Positions 55,805 to 64,000 of a stretch of DNA of 64,000 nucleotides are shown one piece after another. The stretch's first letter is position 1; the number at the start of each line of letters is the position of its first letter. The notes under the pieces were generated by a model. That model was not told the DNA's origin, ran no database searches, and saw nothing but the letters and a program-made list of their open reading frames with translations. A program made the position numbers and the translations under genes. The stretch comes from an uncultured delta proteobacterium (GTDB lineage: Bacteria > Desulfobacterota > Binatia > Binatales > Binataceae), in contig CAWILO010000011.1 in NCBI GenBank assembly GCA_963836955.1, positions 491,703 through 555,702 of the forward strand, in the 5' to 3' direction.

Positions 55805-56773
55805 CTACTGTTCGAGATCTACGGTGATGAAATCGTGATCGGAGGCGCGGCGCGACAGAATCGAAGACCGTGGCGGGACGACCGCCGCTGTTCCTGCGAT
55901 CGGACGAAGCTCGCGGACCGCGAGCCAATCAAGTTTTGGTCTCATCGCTCGCGGGATCAGCCCGGAAAACGTGAACGTCGGGCGGTTGGCTACATTGACG
56001 CCTTCGATCTCGAGACCATGTTCGCTGAGATGCTCGAACAGTGGCTCGTATGCTATCGGCGCGCGGAACCGGCGCGGATTGGTGATCATCTGGCGCGCGG
56101 TTGCCAGCAGGAAGGCCCGGCTCGACAGCTCGGTGGTCGTCGTATTCAAGTCGCCGCCGAAAATCGCGCGGCCCGCCGCCGGGAATGATTCCAGGTAAGT
56201 CGCCATCTGGCGCGCGCGCTCGGCCGGCGCGCAACGGCTGTGCAGATGCGCGACGCCGACGGTCACTGCTTGGCCGCCAAATTTCACCGTGGTGACCAAG
56301 CCCGTCGGCGTGCCGGTGCGTGACCACCGACGCATCCGTTGTGGCCATATGAACGGCGTGCGTGGCTTATGCATCGCGACTGCGACCACGTCCTCGAACG
56401 GCGCCGCGCTCAGGATCGCATTGCCCATGTAACGCGCGACGACTCCGCTGCCGGGGCGGCTGAGCGCGAACTCGGGCACGTATGCGTAGCTCGTCTCGAG
56501 CATCTCGGCCAGCTCCGCCGCGATGTCGCCGCCTAGCGCCGGCTTTTCTCCCTGCTTTGAATCGGCTTCGCAAAGCAGGATCACGTCGGCGTCCTGGAGC
56601 GGTGGACGCTTGAGGCATGTCGCGATGTCGTGGAACCGTCGACCACCGGCGGCGTTGAGCAGAACCACCCGCAGCCGCGATCCCGGACGGCGCGCCGGGC
56701 GATTCACGACGATTGGCGGGAAATGCGGCGTCGGCTTTGCGCCAGCCACGGAAAGGTCGCGCGCGCGGTCCAT
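55805..56773 (-). CDS. Endonuclease/exonuclease/phosphatase family protein
   Basis: LLN, LCEAD, GNAILS, HL, GGDLN, LDW, SDH. Confidence 0.88.
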   Translation of the reverse strand: MDRARDLSVAGAKPTPHFPPIVVNRPARRPGSRLRVVLLNAAGGRRFHDIATCLKRPPLQDADVILLCEADSKQGEKPALGGDIAAELAEMLETSYAYVPEFALSRPGSGVVARYMGNAILSAAPFEDVVAVAMHKPRTPFIWPQRMRRWSRTGTPTGLVTTVKFGGQAVTVGVAHLHSRCAPAERARQMATYLESFPAAGRAIFGGDLNTTTTELSSRAFLLATARQMITNPRRFRAPIAYEPLFEHLSEHGLEIEGVNVANRPTFTFSGLIPRAMRPKLDWLAVRELRPIAGTAAVVPPRSSILSRRASDHDFITVDLEQ

Positions 56774-56782
56774 CGCCCGGAA

Positions 56783-58870
56783 CTAGTCGACCAGTTCCTT
56801 TTGCAAATCTTTGAACGTCGTGATCGGCGGCGTGCACGTATGCTCGCGACATACGTAAGCAGTCACGTGACCGTTGATTTGCCGCTTGTCGCGCACCTGC
56901 TCGGGGATAAAACCGGTTTGAGCATCGGCGTCGTCGGCAACGAAGAGCGCAAGATTCGGGACGTAGACGAGGCCGAGGCGCTCAACCCATTCGAGCAGTT
57001 CAGGGGAGGTGCGCTTACCGACAATCACAACTTCGGTCGGCCCGCGCTGATACAGGTCGACGGCTTCGAGCATGTGAGAGAACCCGAACGGCTGCTTTTC
57101 GATAAATTCGCGAAACAGCTTGAGAGTGCGCTCTGCCTCGACGCGGTAACGCTCTTCGCCGGTGTAGCCATGCAGCCTGAGCAGCGCCATTGCCGCAGCG
57201 CTGTTGCCCGACGGCGTCGAACCGTCGAAGGCGGCTTTAGAGCGCATGATCAGCGCTTCGTGATCGTCCGACGTGAAAAAGAATCCGCCCTTTTCCTCGT
57301 CGATAAACCGCTCGAGGATCACGTCCGCGAGCGTCCGCGCATGCGCCAGGTATTTCGCGTCGAGTGACGCTTCGTACACGTCGAGCATCGCGCCTGCCAG
57401 TTGCGCATAGTCCTCCAGGTACGCATTGTGCCGCGCGACGCCGTCCTTGAACGACCGCTTGAGCGCGCGCCCGTCCCACATCGTCGTCATCATGAAATCG
57501 GCCGCACGCTCCGCCGCTTCGAGATACCGCCGCTCATGCAGGGCGCGATATCCTTCCGCGAACGCGCCGATCATCATCGCGTTCCATGCCACCAGGATCT
57601 TTTCGTCTCGGCCGGGCTTCACCCTTTGTTCGCGAGCCGCGAACAGCTTGCTGCGAATCTCGCGAATCCTCGACGCCATTTCGTCTTCGGATGTCTTGAA
57701 CATTCGCGCGGCGTCGGCCAGCTCGATCGTGCGATGCGGAATATTGGCGTCCTCGAAATTCCCTTCGATCGTGATGTCGAAATAGCGCTCGGCTATCGCG
57801 CCGAGCTCGGGACCAACCACGGCATCGACCTGCTCAGGCGTCCAGACGAAAAACTTTCCCTCCACACCCTCGCTGTCCGCATCTTGCGCGGCGTAAAAGC
57901 CGCCTTCAGGACTCGTCATCTCGCGCAGTACGTACTCGAAGATTTCCCGCCCGACGCTGAGAAACTCGGGCTCATTCAGCGCGCGACCTGCGTCGAGGTA
58001 CAGGCGCGCGAGCAGCGCGTTGTCGTACAACATTTTTTCGAAGTGCGGCACCAACCATCGCTCGTCGACGCTGTAGCGATGAAATCCGCCGCCGATCTGA
58101 TCGTAAATTCCGCCGCGTGCCATCTTCGACAGCGTGTGCCGAACCATCTCGGCCATCGCCTCGTCGCCGTCGGCCGCATGCACGCGAAGAAACAGCGAGA
58201 ACACGAACGTGTTCGGAAACTTCGGCGCCTGGCCCAACCCCCCGTTGATGCTGTCGTAATGCGACGCGAGCGCTCGTGCCGATTCCGCCGCCAGCCCCGG
58301 CTTCAAATCGCCGCCGACCGGGACGTAGTTGGTCAGCGCACCGAGCGCTTCCGTGAGCTTCTCGAGATTGTTGGTCACTTCCTTCGCTTTGTCGCGATAC
58401 GCCTGCGACACCGCCGCGAGAATGCGCGGGAAGCCCGGCATACCCTGGCGATCCTCGGGGGGATAGTAAGTCCCGCCGAAGAACGGCCGTCCATCAGGCG
58501 CAAGGAACATCGTCAGCGGCCATCCACCGCGCCCAGTGATCAGTTGCACCGCGTCCATGTAAATCTGATCGAGGTCGGGACGCTCTTCGCGATCGACCTT
58601 GATCGGAATGAAGTTCTCGTTGATCAGCCGCGCGATCGCGTCGTTCTCGAACGACTCGCGCTCCATCACGTGGCACCAGTGACAGGCCGAGTAGCCAATC
58701 GACAGCATGATCGGCTTGTTCTCCGCTTTCGCACGCTCGAGCGCCTCGGGGCCCCACGCATGCCAGTCGACGGGATTGTACGCATGCTGGCGCAGGTACG
58801 GACTTTGTTCGTTGATCAAACGGTTCGGCTTGCGGCCGGAATGACTCTCGGGATTTTTTGTCGAACTCAT
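56783..58870 (-). CDS. Thioredoxin-domain protein YyaL/SSP411 (DUF255) family
   Basis: [45 protein letters not shown]; start chosen at ATG 58870. Confidence 0.93.
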   Translation of the reverse strand: MSSTKNPESHSGRKPNRLINEQSPYLRQHAYNPVDWHAWGPEALERAKAENKPIMLSIGYSACHWCHVMERESFENDAIARLINENFIPIKVDREERPDLDQIYMDAVQLITGRGGWPLTMFLAPDGRPFFGGTYYPPEDRQGMPGFPRILAAVSQAYRDKAKEVTNNLEKLTEALGALTNYVPVGGDLKPGLAAESARALASHYDSINGGLGQAPKFPNTFVFSLFLRVHAADGDEAMAEMVRHTLSKMARGGIYDQIGGGFHRYSVDERWLVPHFEKMLYDNALLARLYLDAGRALNEPEFLSVGREIFEYVLREMTSPEGGFYAAQDADSEGVEGKFFVWTPEQVDAVVGPELGAIAERYFDITIEGNFEDANIPHRTIELADAARMFKTSEDEMASRIREIRSKLFAAREQRVKPGRDEKILVAWNAMMIGAFAEGYRALHERRYLEAAERAADFMMTTMWDGRALKRSFKDGVARHNAYLEDYAQLAGAMLDVYEASLDAKYLAHARTLADVILERFIDEEKGGFFFTSDDHEALIMRSKAAFDGSTPSGNSAAAMALLRLHGYTGEERYRVEAERTLKLFREFIEKQPFGFSHMLEAVDLYQRGPTEVVIVGKRTSPELLEWVERLGLVYVPNLALFVADDADAQTGFIPEQVRDKRQINGHVTAYVCREHTCTPPITTFKDLQKELVD

Positions 58871-58942
58871 GAATCTCTTTTCTGCTTTCATCCTATCTGC
58901 CCGACCGCTCTCTGTCATTCCGATCAAAAAAGATACCCCCGT

Positions 58943-60736
58943 ATGGCAGAGCGACGAGCGCGCCAGTTACAATTCGCAGATATGGCCTCGGCTTCCCCCT
59001 CGCCAGATGTCGCCGCATTGCAGCAACGGGCAGGCAACCAAAGCGATTCGCAGTTCCGCGTGTACGCGGGAGGCGTCCTGATTCTTGCAGCGATTCTCTT
59101 CTTCGCCCGGCTCGGTGCACGAGCGCTTTGGGCCTCGGAATTCCGATGGGCCGAAATCGCGCGCGAGATGCTGGTGACGCACAACTACTTCTGGCCGACG
59201 ATCAACGGTCACGTCTATTACGACAAGCCGCTCGGCTCATACTGGCTGGTTCTTTTTTCGACGCCGTTCACAGGCGGCCTCAACGAGGCTGCCACGCGCC
59301 TGCCGTGCGCTATCGCCGGCCTGCTCGCAGTGGCGATACTGATGCTTCTCGTGCGACGCCTCTACGACGCTCGCACTGCGATACTCTCCGGCGTCGTTCT
59401 CGCGACCAGTTTCAGCTTCGTATTCTTTTCGCGCCACGCCAGCGCCGACGTCGAGACGCTCACCGGTGAGCTAGCCGCATTGCTGCTCTTCAATCACAAC
59501 GAGGAGCGCGGCGGCGGAATATGGGTCGTCGGCCTGTGGCTGATAATGGCGGCGACTTCCCTCACCAAGGGTTTGCTCGGATTCGCTCTCCCGCTGTTGG
59601 TGATTGGCGTCTACTCTTGTCTGCGCGACGGCTGGGCGCAGTTTTTTCAGGACATTGTCCGCGGCTCGGTGGCGGACCGGGTAAGAAAACTCATCGAGCG
59701 CAATCGATGGTTCTTCAACTGGTATACCCCGGTCGGCATCGCGGTTGGCGGGTTGGTGTACTACCTGCCCTTCGAAATTTCGTCGCGCATGATGGGCTCC
59801 GAAAAGGGCCTCGCTATGGTGTATCGCGAGAACGTCGTGCGGTTTTTCCACCCATTCGACCATCGCGGCCCCATCTACTTATATGTCTACGTGATCTTCG
59901 GCCTGATGGCGCCGTGGTCGGCGCTCTTGCCGGCGGCCTTGGTCGAGACTCATAGCCTACGACGCGCGGGCGCCGAGCCGGCTCGCGCGGACCGCTTCGC
60001 CTTGGTTTATTTCTGGGCGACTTTCATATTTTTCACACTCTCAGGATCGCGCCGCAGCTATTACATTCTGCCGATTCTGCCCGCCGCGGCAATCCTGGTC
60101 GCGAGAACACTCGCGTTTCCCGGCGAACTACGCTCGATGATCGCCCGTCGCCTGCTGATTCTCGGCTACGTGGTCGTCGCATTCGCCGCGATAGCCGGTA
60201 TTGTTTTGCTGGTCCCTGCCTGGGCAATTCTGCCGAGCCCCTATGATGCGCTGCCGGACCTGCCCGCCAAGCCCGCATTTATCGTGTTCTGGCTCGTGTC
60301 GATCGGCGCCATGATCTATACGATTCGCCGGTTCAGCCCGCGACGCGTCGCGATTTCTATGGGCGTGATCGCCTATCTCGCGATGTTCTACATCTATATC
60401 TTCGCGATGCCCGCGGCGGAGGCATATCGCGGTGAAAAGCCCTTCGGCTACGCGGTGCTGACCAAAATCGGCGGCTCAACCGACCACCTCGTCCTGTACA
60501 AGACTGAGGGGCCACTGTTTTATCTCAATCCGCCGCAGCCACTCCCGGAGTTCGAAAAAAAGCAGGACTTGCAGGACGCGATCTCGAAAGGCGGCGCCAA
60601 GTGGATGATCGTCCGCCGACGCGACATGCCCAAGCTCGACACGCCGACCACGATCGAGCTCAGCGAAGCGTCATATCCATGGGAGTCTGACTACAATTTC
60701 CGAAACAAGGTGGTGCTGGTAAGGATTGGCAACTGA
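58943..60736 (+). CDS. ArnT/PMT-like membrane glycosyltransferase (lipid A or undecaprenyl-linked sugar transferase)
   Basis: [37 protein letters not shown]; many TM segments; this is the real part of the 57401-60736 track ORF. Confidence 0.88.
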   Translation: MAERRARQLQFADMASASPSPDVAALQQRAGNQSDSQFRVYAGGVLILAAILFFARLGARALWASEFRWAEIAREMLVTHNYFWPTINGHVYYDKPLGSYWLVLFSTPFTGGLNEAATRLPCAIAGLLAVAILMLLVRRLYDARTAILSGVVLATSFSFVFFSRHASADVETLTGELAALLLFNHNEERGGGIWVVGLWLIMAATSLTKGLLGFALPLLVIGVYSCLRDGWAQFFQDIVRGSVADRVRKLIERNRWFFNWYTPVGIAVGGLVYYLPFEISSRMMGSEKGLAMVYRENVVRFFHPFDHRGPIYLYVYVIFGLMAPWSALLPAALVETHSLRRAGAEPARADRFALVYFWATFIFFTLSGSRRSYYILPILPAAAILVARTLAFPGELRSMIARRLLILGYVVVAFAAIAGIVLLVPAWAILPSPYDALPDLPAKPAFIVFWLVSIGAMIYTIRRFSPRRVAISMGVIAYLAMFYIYIFAMPAAEAYRGEKPFGYAVLTKIGGSTDHLVLYKTEGPLFYLNPPQPLPEFEKKQDLQDAISKGGAKWMIVRRRDMPKLDTPTTIELSEASYPWESDYNFRNKVVLVRIGN

Positions 60737-60749
60737 CTACCTCTGCCCG

Positions 60750-60863
60750 TCAGTGGCGCGGGCCGCCGTGCCCGCGATTGAATTCGACTGTAAGTCCCGC
60801 CCAAGCAGTGGCCCATCACGCACCCTGGGATCGGATCGCGGGCACGGCGGCCCGCGCCACTGA
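60750..60863. repeat. Perfect 29-bp inverted repeat with a 56-bp spacer (REPIN-like), between convergent genes
   Basis: TCAGTGGCGCGGGCCGCCGTGCCCGCGAT (60750-78) and its exact reverse complement (60835-63). Confidence 0.9.
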
Positions 60864-60881
60864 AATTGATGTACCGAGGAA

Positions 60882-62018
60882 TTACAAGCGCATCGGCATG
60901 ACGACGTACGTGTACTGCTGATCCGTCTCCGTTCTGATAACGCCTGGACTGACGTCGTCGCTGAGTCCCAGCTCCACGGTCGAATCCGCCCCCTGCGGAA
61001 TTACCCCCAAGGCCTGCTGAACGTACGACGCGTTGAATCCGATCGCGAATTCTTCGCTCTTGAAATCGACGTCGAGCGACTCGCTTGCTTCTCCCGTTTC
61101 CGGACTCGTCGATGAGACCGTAAGCATTCCCGCCGACAGCGCGAACTTGACGCCGTGGTATCGCTCGCTCGAGAAAATAGCCGCGCGCTTGATTGCCGCG
61201 AATAGCAGATCCCGTTTGACCGTGATCTTGTACTTCGACTGCTTCGGGATGACGCCGCGATAGTCGGGGAATTCTCCTTCGACCAGTCGCATCGAGACTT
61301 CCGTGGACCCGCGCTTCAGGTACGCGAGCTGACCTTCGAGGCTGAGCCGCACTTCGGGTTCGGAGCCGACATCCAGGATTTTGCGCAATTCCGAGAGTCC
61401 CTTTCGCGGAATGATCGCGCCGGTCTCCATTTTGAACCCCGGCACCTCGCGCTCGATCATGGCCAGCCGATGGCCGTCGGTTGCGACCATGCGCGCCGAC
61501 CCGGGGGCGTTAGACTCGACGAACACGCCGCTCAGGTTGTAGCGAGCTTCATCGGGGCTGACCGCGAAGATCGTTTTGTCGATCATGCCGGCCAATACTG
61601 CCGCCGGAATCGTAAGTTCGGCCTTCAGTTGTTTTTTTGCGGGCGCCGATTCCTTGCCTGCGCTCGGCATTGCGGGGAAGCTGCGCGGATCCAGGCCCAT
61701 CATCTTGAATTTCGCCCGCCCGCACTTCAGCTCGACCCAATCGTTGTCGAGCGAGGTCAGCGCGACTTCGTCGCCTTCGGTCTCGCGCACGATTTCGAAA
61801 AGCTTTCGCGCGTTGAGCGTCAGGCTTTTCTCTTTGCCGGAACACGCGACCTGGGTGCGAATTCCGACTTCGAGGTCGGTCGCGCTGAGAGTCAGCGCGT
61901 TTCCGTTTGGTTCAATCAGAACGTGGCCGAGTATCGGAACCGTCGTGCGCCGTTCCACGATTCCCTGGACCAGTCCCAAGCCGCTAAGCAGCGACGCGCG
62001 CTCGATGGAGAGTCCCAT
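60882..62018 (-). CDS. dnaN: DNA polymerase III beta sliding clamp
   Basis: RRTTVPILGHV, ATDLE, VATDGHRLA, IIPRKG, EGEFPDY, IGFNASY, VVMPMRL. Confidence 0.98.
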   Translation of the reverse strand: MGLSIERASLLSGLGLVQGIVERRTTVPILGHVLIEPNGNALTLSATDLEVGIRTQVACSGKEKSLTLNARKLFEIVRETEGDEVALTSLDNDWVELKCGRAKFKMMGLDPRSFPAMPSAGKESAPAKKQLKAELTIPAAVLAGMIDKTIFAVSPDEARYNLSGVFVESNAPGSARMVATDGHRLAMIEREVPGFKMETGAIIPRKGLSELRKILDVGSEPEVRLSLEGQLAYLKRGSTEVSMRLVEGEFPDYRGVIPKQSKYKITVKRDLLFAAIKRAAIFSSERYHGVKFALSAGMLTVSSTSPETGEASESLDVDFKSEEFAIGFNASYVQQALGVIPQGADSTVELGLSDDVSPGVIRTETDQQYTYVVMPMRL

Positions 62019-62059
62019 GAATTGTTAGCCCGTCTTCCTATTCCTAATCTTAGATCTCT

Positions 62060-62096
62060 TTAAAAGAATAGCAGTAATAGTAGGAGTTGTGGATTT
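62060..62096. promoter_or_regulatory. oriC unwinding element: DnaA box, 4-nt linker, DnaA-trios and AT-rich tract
   Basis: Minus strand AAATCCACA-ACTC-CTACTATTACTGCTATT-CTTTTAAA in the dnaA-dnaN gap. Confidence 0.85.
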
Positions 62097-62271
62097 GTTG
62101 ACTGATCGCACAAGCGCCCGAAAATGAAAGCAGATCGATTGGCGAAAAGCTGTCAGCGGAAAAGCGGCTGATCGACAGGGCCGGCCTCGAGCGCACCGGC
62201 CCTGTCGATGTCGATAGCCTTATGCCCACCTCCTCCACAGCCTCCTCCACATCGGCCTCCCCACCACCGAT

Positions 62272-63678
62272 TTACGCCGCATTGGCGCGAATCGATTTAA
62301 GCTCGCGCTCGATTTTCTCGATCGAGAGCCGAAATGCCGAATCACTGGTTACGCGGCGCATGATCAGGTTGTGCGCGTGAATCACCGTCGAATGGTCGCG
62401 CCCGAAATGCTCGCCGATCGTCGGAAACGAGCTGTCGGTCAGCTTGCGGCACAGGTACATCGCGACCTGCCGGCAAAACGCAATGTGCTGGGTGCGCTTT
62501 TTCGACTTCAGGTCCGTCAACTTGATATGGAAAAACTCCGCCACTGTCTTCTGGATCGATTCAACGTCCGGCTTCGCGTCGTGATTTCGAATCAAATCGT
62601 GCAACGCCTGCCGCGCAAAATCGACCGTAATCGCCGATTGGTTGATCGAGGCGAGCGCTGCCAGCCGTGTCAGGCATCCCTCGAGCTCGCGCACGTTCGA
62701 CGAGACGCTCTGCGCGATATACATCGCGACTTCGGGCGCCAACCGCAGATTCTCGAGCACCGCCTTCTTCTGCACGATCGCGACCCGTGTTTCGAGGTCG
62801 GGTGGCGCGATATCCGCGATCAATCCCGACTCGAATCGATTCCGCAGCCGCTCCTCGAGCCCCGGGATTTCACGAGGAACCTTATCCGAAGTCAGGATGA
62901 TCTGATGCCGCTCGGCGTGAAGCGCGTTGAAAGTATGGAAAAATTCTTCCTGGGTGCGCTCGCGGCCGGCCAGGAACTGCACGTCGTCGAGGATCAACGT
63001 ATCGACCCGGCGAAATTTCTCGCGGAATTCGCCCATCTTGTCGCGGCGCAGCGAACCGATCAGCTCGTTCATGAAGATTTCGGCCGGCATGAACAAGACT
63101 TTCCGCGGCCGATCGCCGCTAGCCCAGATATGGTGCCCGATCGCGGTAACCAGGTGAGTCTTGCCGAGTCCGACCCCGCCATAAATAAAAAGCGGGTTGT
63201 ATTTCTCGCCGGGCTGGTTGGCGACCGCCTGCGCCGCGGCATGCGCGAACTGATTGGCCGATCCGACCACGAACTCCGCGAAACTGTAACGCGGGTTCAG
63301 GGTCGGATGCCGATCTCCACGGGGTGCTGCTGCCGAGCGACTCGCCGCGGTCGCTTTGCCGTTCCCGTTCCCATTTCCGTTGCCATGGCCATTTACATGC
63401 CCATTGGTTGGGCGCGGCGGCGGTGTTGCAATCGCCGCATTTTCTCCGAGAGTCAGCCGCACGTCCATTTCCTCGCCAGCCTCGGCCGACAGCGCAGCGC
63501 GCATCAGGCTAAGGTAACGTTCGTTGATCCAATCGCGAAAAAACCGATTGGGCGCTTCGATTGTGACGGTCGATCCTTGATGAGCAACAAAATTAAGCGG
63601 TCCGATCCACGTCTCGTAGCCGACCTGACCGAGCTCCTCACGCATGCGGTCAGCGGCCCTTTGCCACAAACCATTCAT
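62272..63678 (-). CDS. dnaA: Chromosomal replication initiator DnaA
   Basis: [49 protein letters not shown]; start chosen at ATG 63678. Confidence 0.99.
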   Translation of the reverse strand: MNGLWQRAADRMREELGQVGYETWIGPLNFVAHQGSTVTIEAPNRFFRDWINERYLSLMRAALSAEAGEEMDVRLTLGENAAIATPPPRPTNGHVNGHGNGNGNGNGKATAASRSAAAPRGDRHPTLNPRYSFAEFVVGSANQFAHAAAQAVANQPGEKYNPLFIYGGVGLGKTHLVTAIGHHIWASGDRPRKVLFMPAEIFMNELIGSLRRDKMGEFREKFRRVDTLILDDVQFLAGRERTQEEFFHTFNALHAERHQIILTSDKVPREIPGLEERLRNRFESGLIADIAPPDLETRVAIVQKKAVLENLRLAPEVAMYIAQSVSSNVRELEGCLTRLAALASINQSAITVDFARQALHDLIRNHDAKPDVESIQKTVAEFFHIKLTDLKSKKRTQHIAFCRQVAMYLCRKLTDSSFPTIGEHFGRDHSTVIHAHNLIMRRVTSDSAFRLSIEKIERELKSIRANAA

Positions 63679-63751
63679 ATGTCTCCCCCTGCAAAAACCG
63701 GACACAAACCGCGGTCCGGCATAAGCGCGCCAGCATCAACGGACGCGCGAA

Positions 63752-63783
63752 TTACGCACAACCTTATCCACATCTGTGGATAA
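63752..63783. promoter_or_regulatory. DnaA box cluster upstream of dnaA
   Basis: TTATCCACA (63764-72) and TGTGGATAA (63775-83) are perfect and inverted; TTACGCACA (63752-60) has 2 mismatches. Confidence 0.9.
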
Positions 63784-64000
63784 GCACATTTTCTCTTGTT
63801 GCAGCCGACAATTTGACGGCACTACACGCCGGACTATCAACTTGTCCGGGTTACGATCGGTTCTGTTAGGCTTAGTTTTCTGGTCGAGACGAGCGATATA
63901 CACGCGCTTCGAAGCCATTAGCTCACGCGCCGCCGATGAACCTGTCAGTGCAGATTGGTTCTTGTAAGTACGAAGTGTGCGGCCAAGTGAACGTGATAAA

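Noticed and set aside
57401-58942. Apparent 514-aa N-terminal extension making a 1111-aa ArnT fusion
   Set aside because: It is the antisense shadow of the YyaL gene; ArnT-like sequence begins only near 58943.

Overview
High-GC bacterial chromosome segment ending at the replication origin: dnaA-dnaN on the minus strand, with DnaA boxes and a DnaA-trio unwinding element. Gene style suggests a soil Deltaproteobacteria-like lineage such as Candidatus Binatota; that placement is an impression only. Most of the window is housekeeping or metabolic: pyrD, thyX, ddl, guaB, fabI, gloB, pstS, a UvrD-family helicase, CoA-transferases, an amidase and an ArnT-like transferase. There is no rRNA, tRNA, CRISPR array or transposase. 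The main points of interest are: (1) a five-gene Ser/Thr phospho-signalling operon at 1-8237 (vWA, Zn-ribbon-FHA, kinase-FHA, pseudokinase-PP2C fusion, membrane receptor kinase); (2) a complete attenuator-like leader in front of guaB (sigma70 promoter, 12-codon uORF starting at the predicted start site, hairpin, intrinsic terminator); (3) a two-gene toxin-antitoxin or defence-like module with lower GC (unknown protein plus HTH-XRE/ImmA-IrrE peptidase, with a perfect palindrome over its -10); (4) an unannotated 34-aa Lys-rich protein with its own promoter, RBS and terminator; (5) a ~145-180 bp multi-hairpin intergenic repeat family (four near-complete copies and one partial copy); (6) patches at gene 3' ends where codon third positions are almost only A or C; (7) several frameshifted genes. 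All protein calls come from motif recognition by eye; no database search was run.
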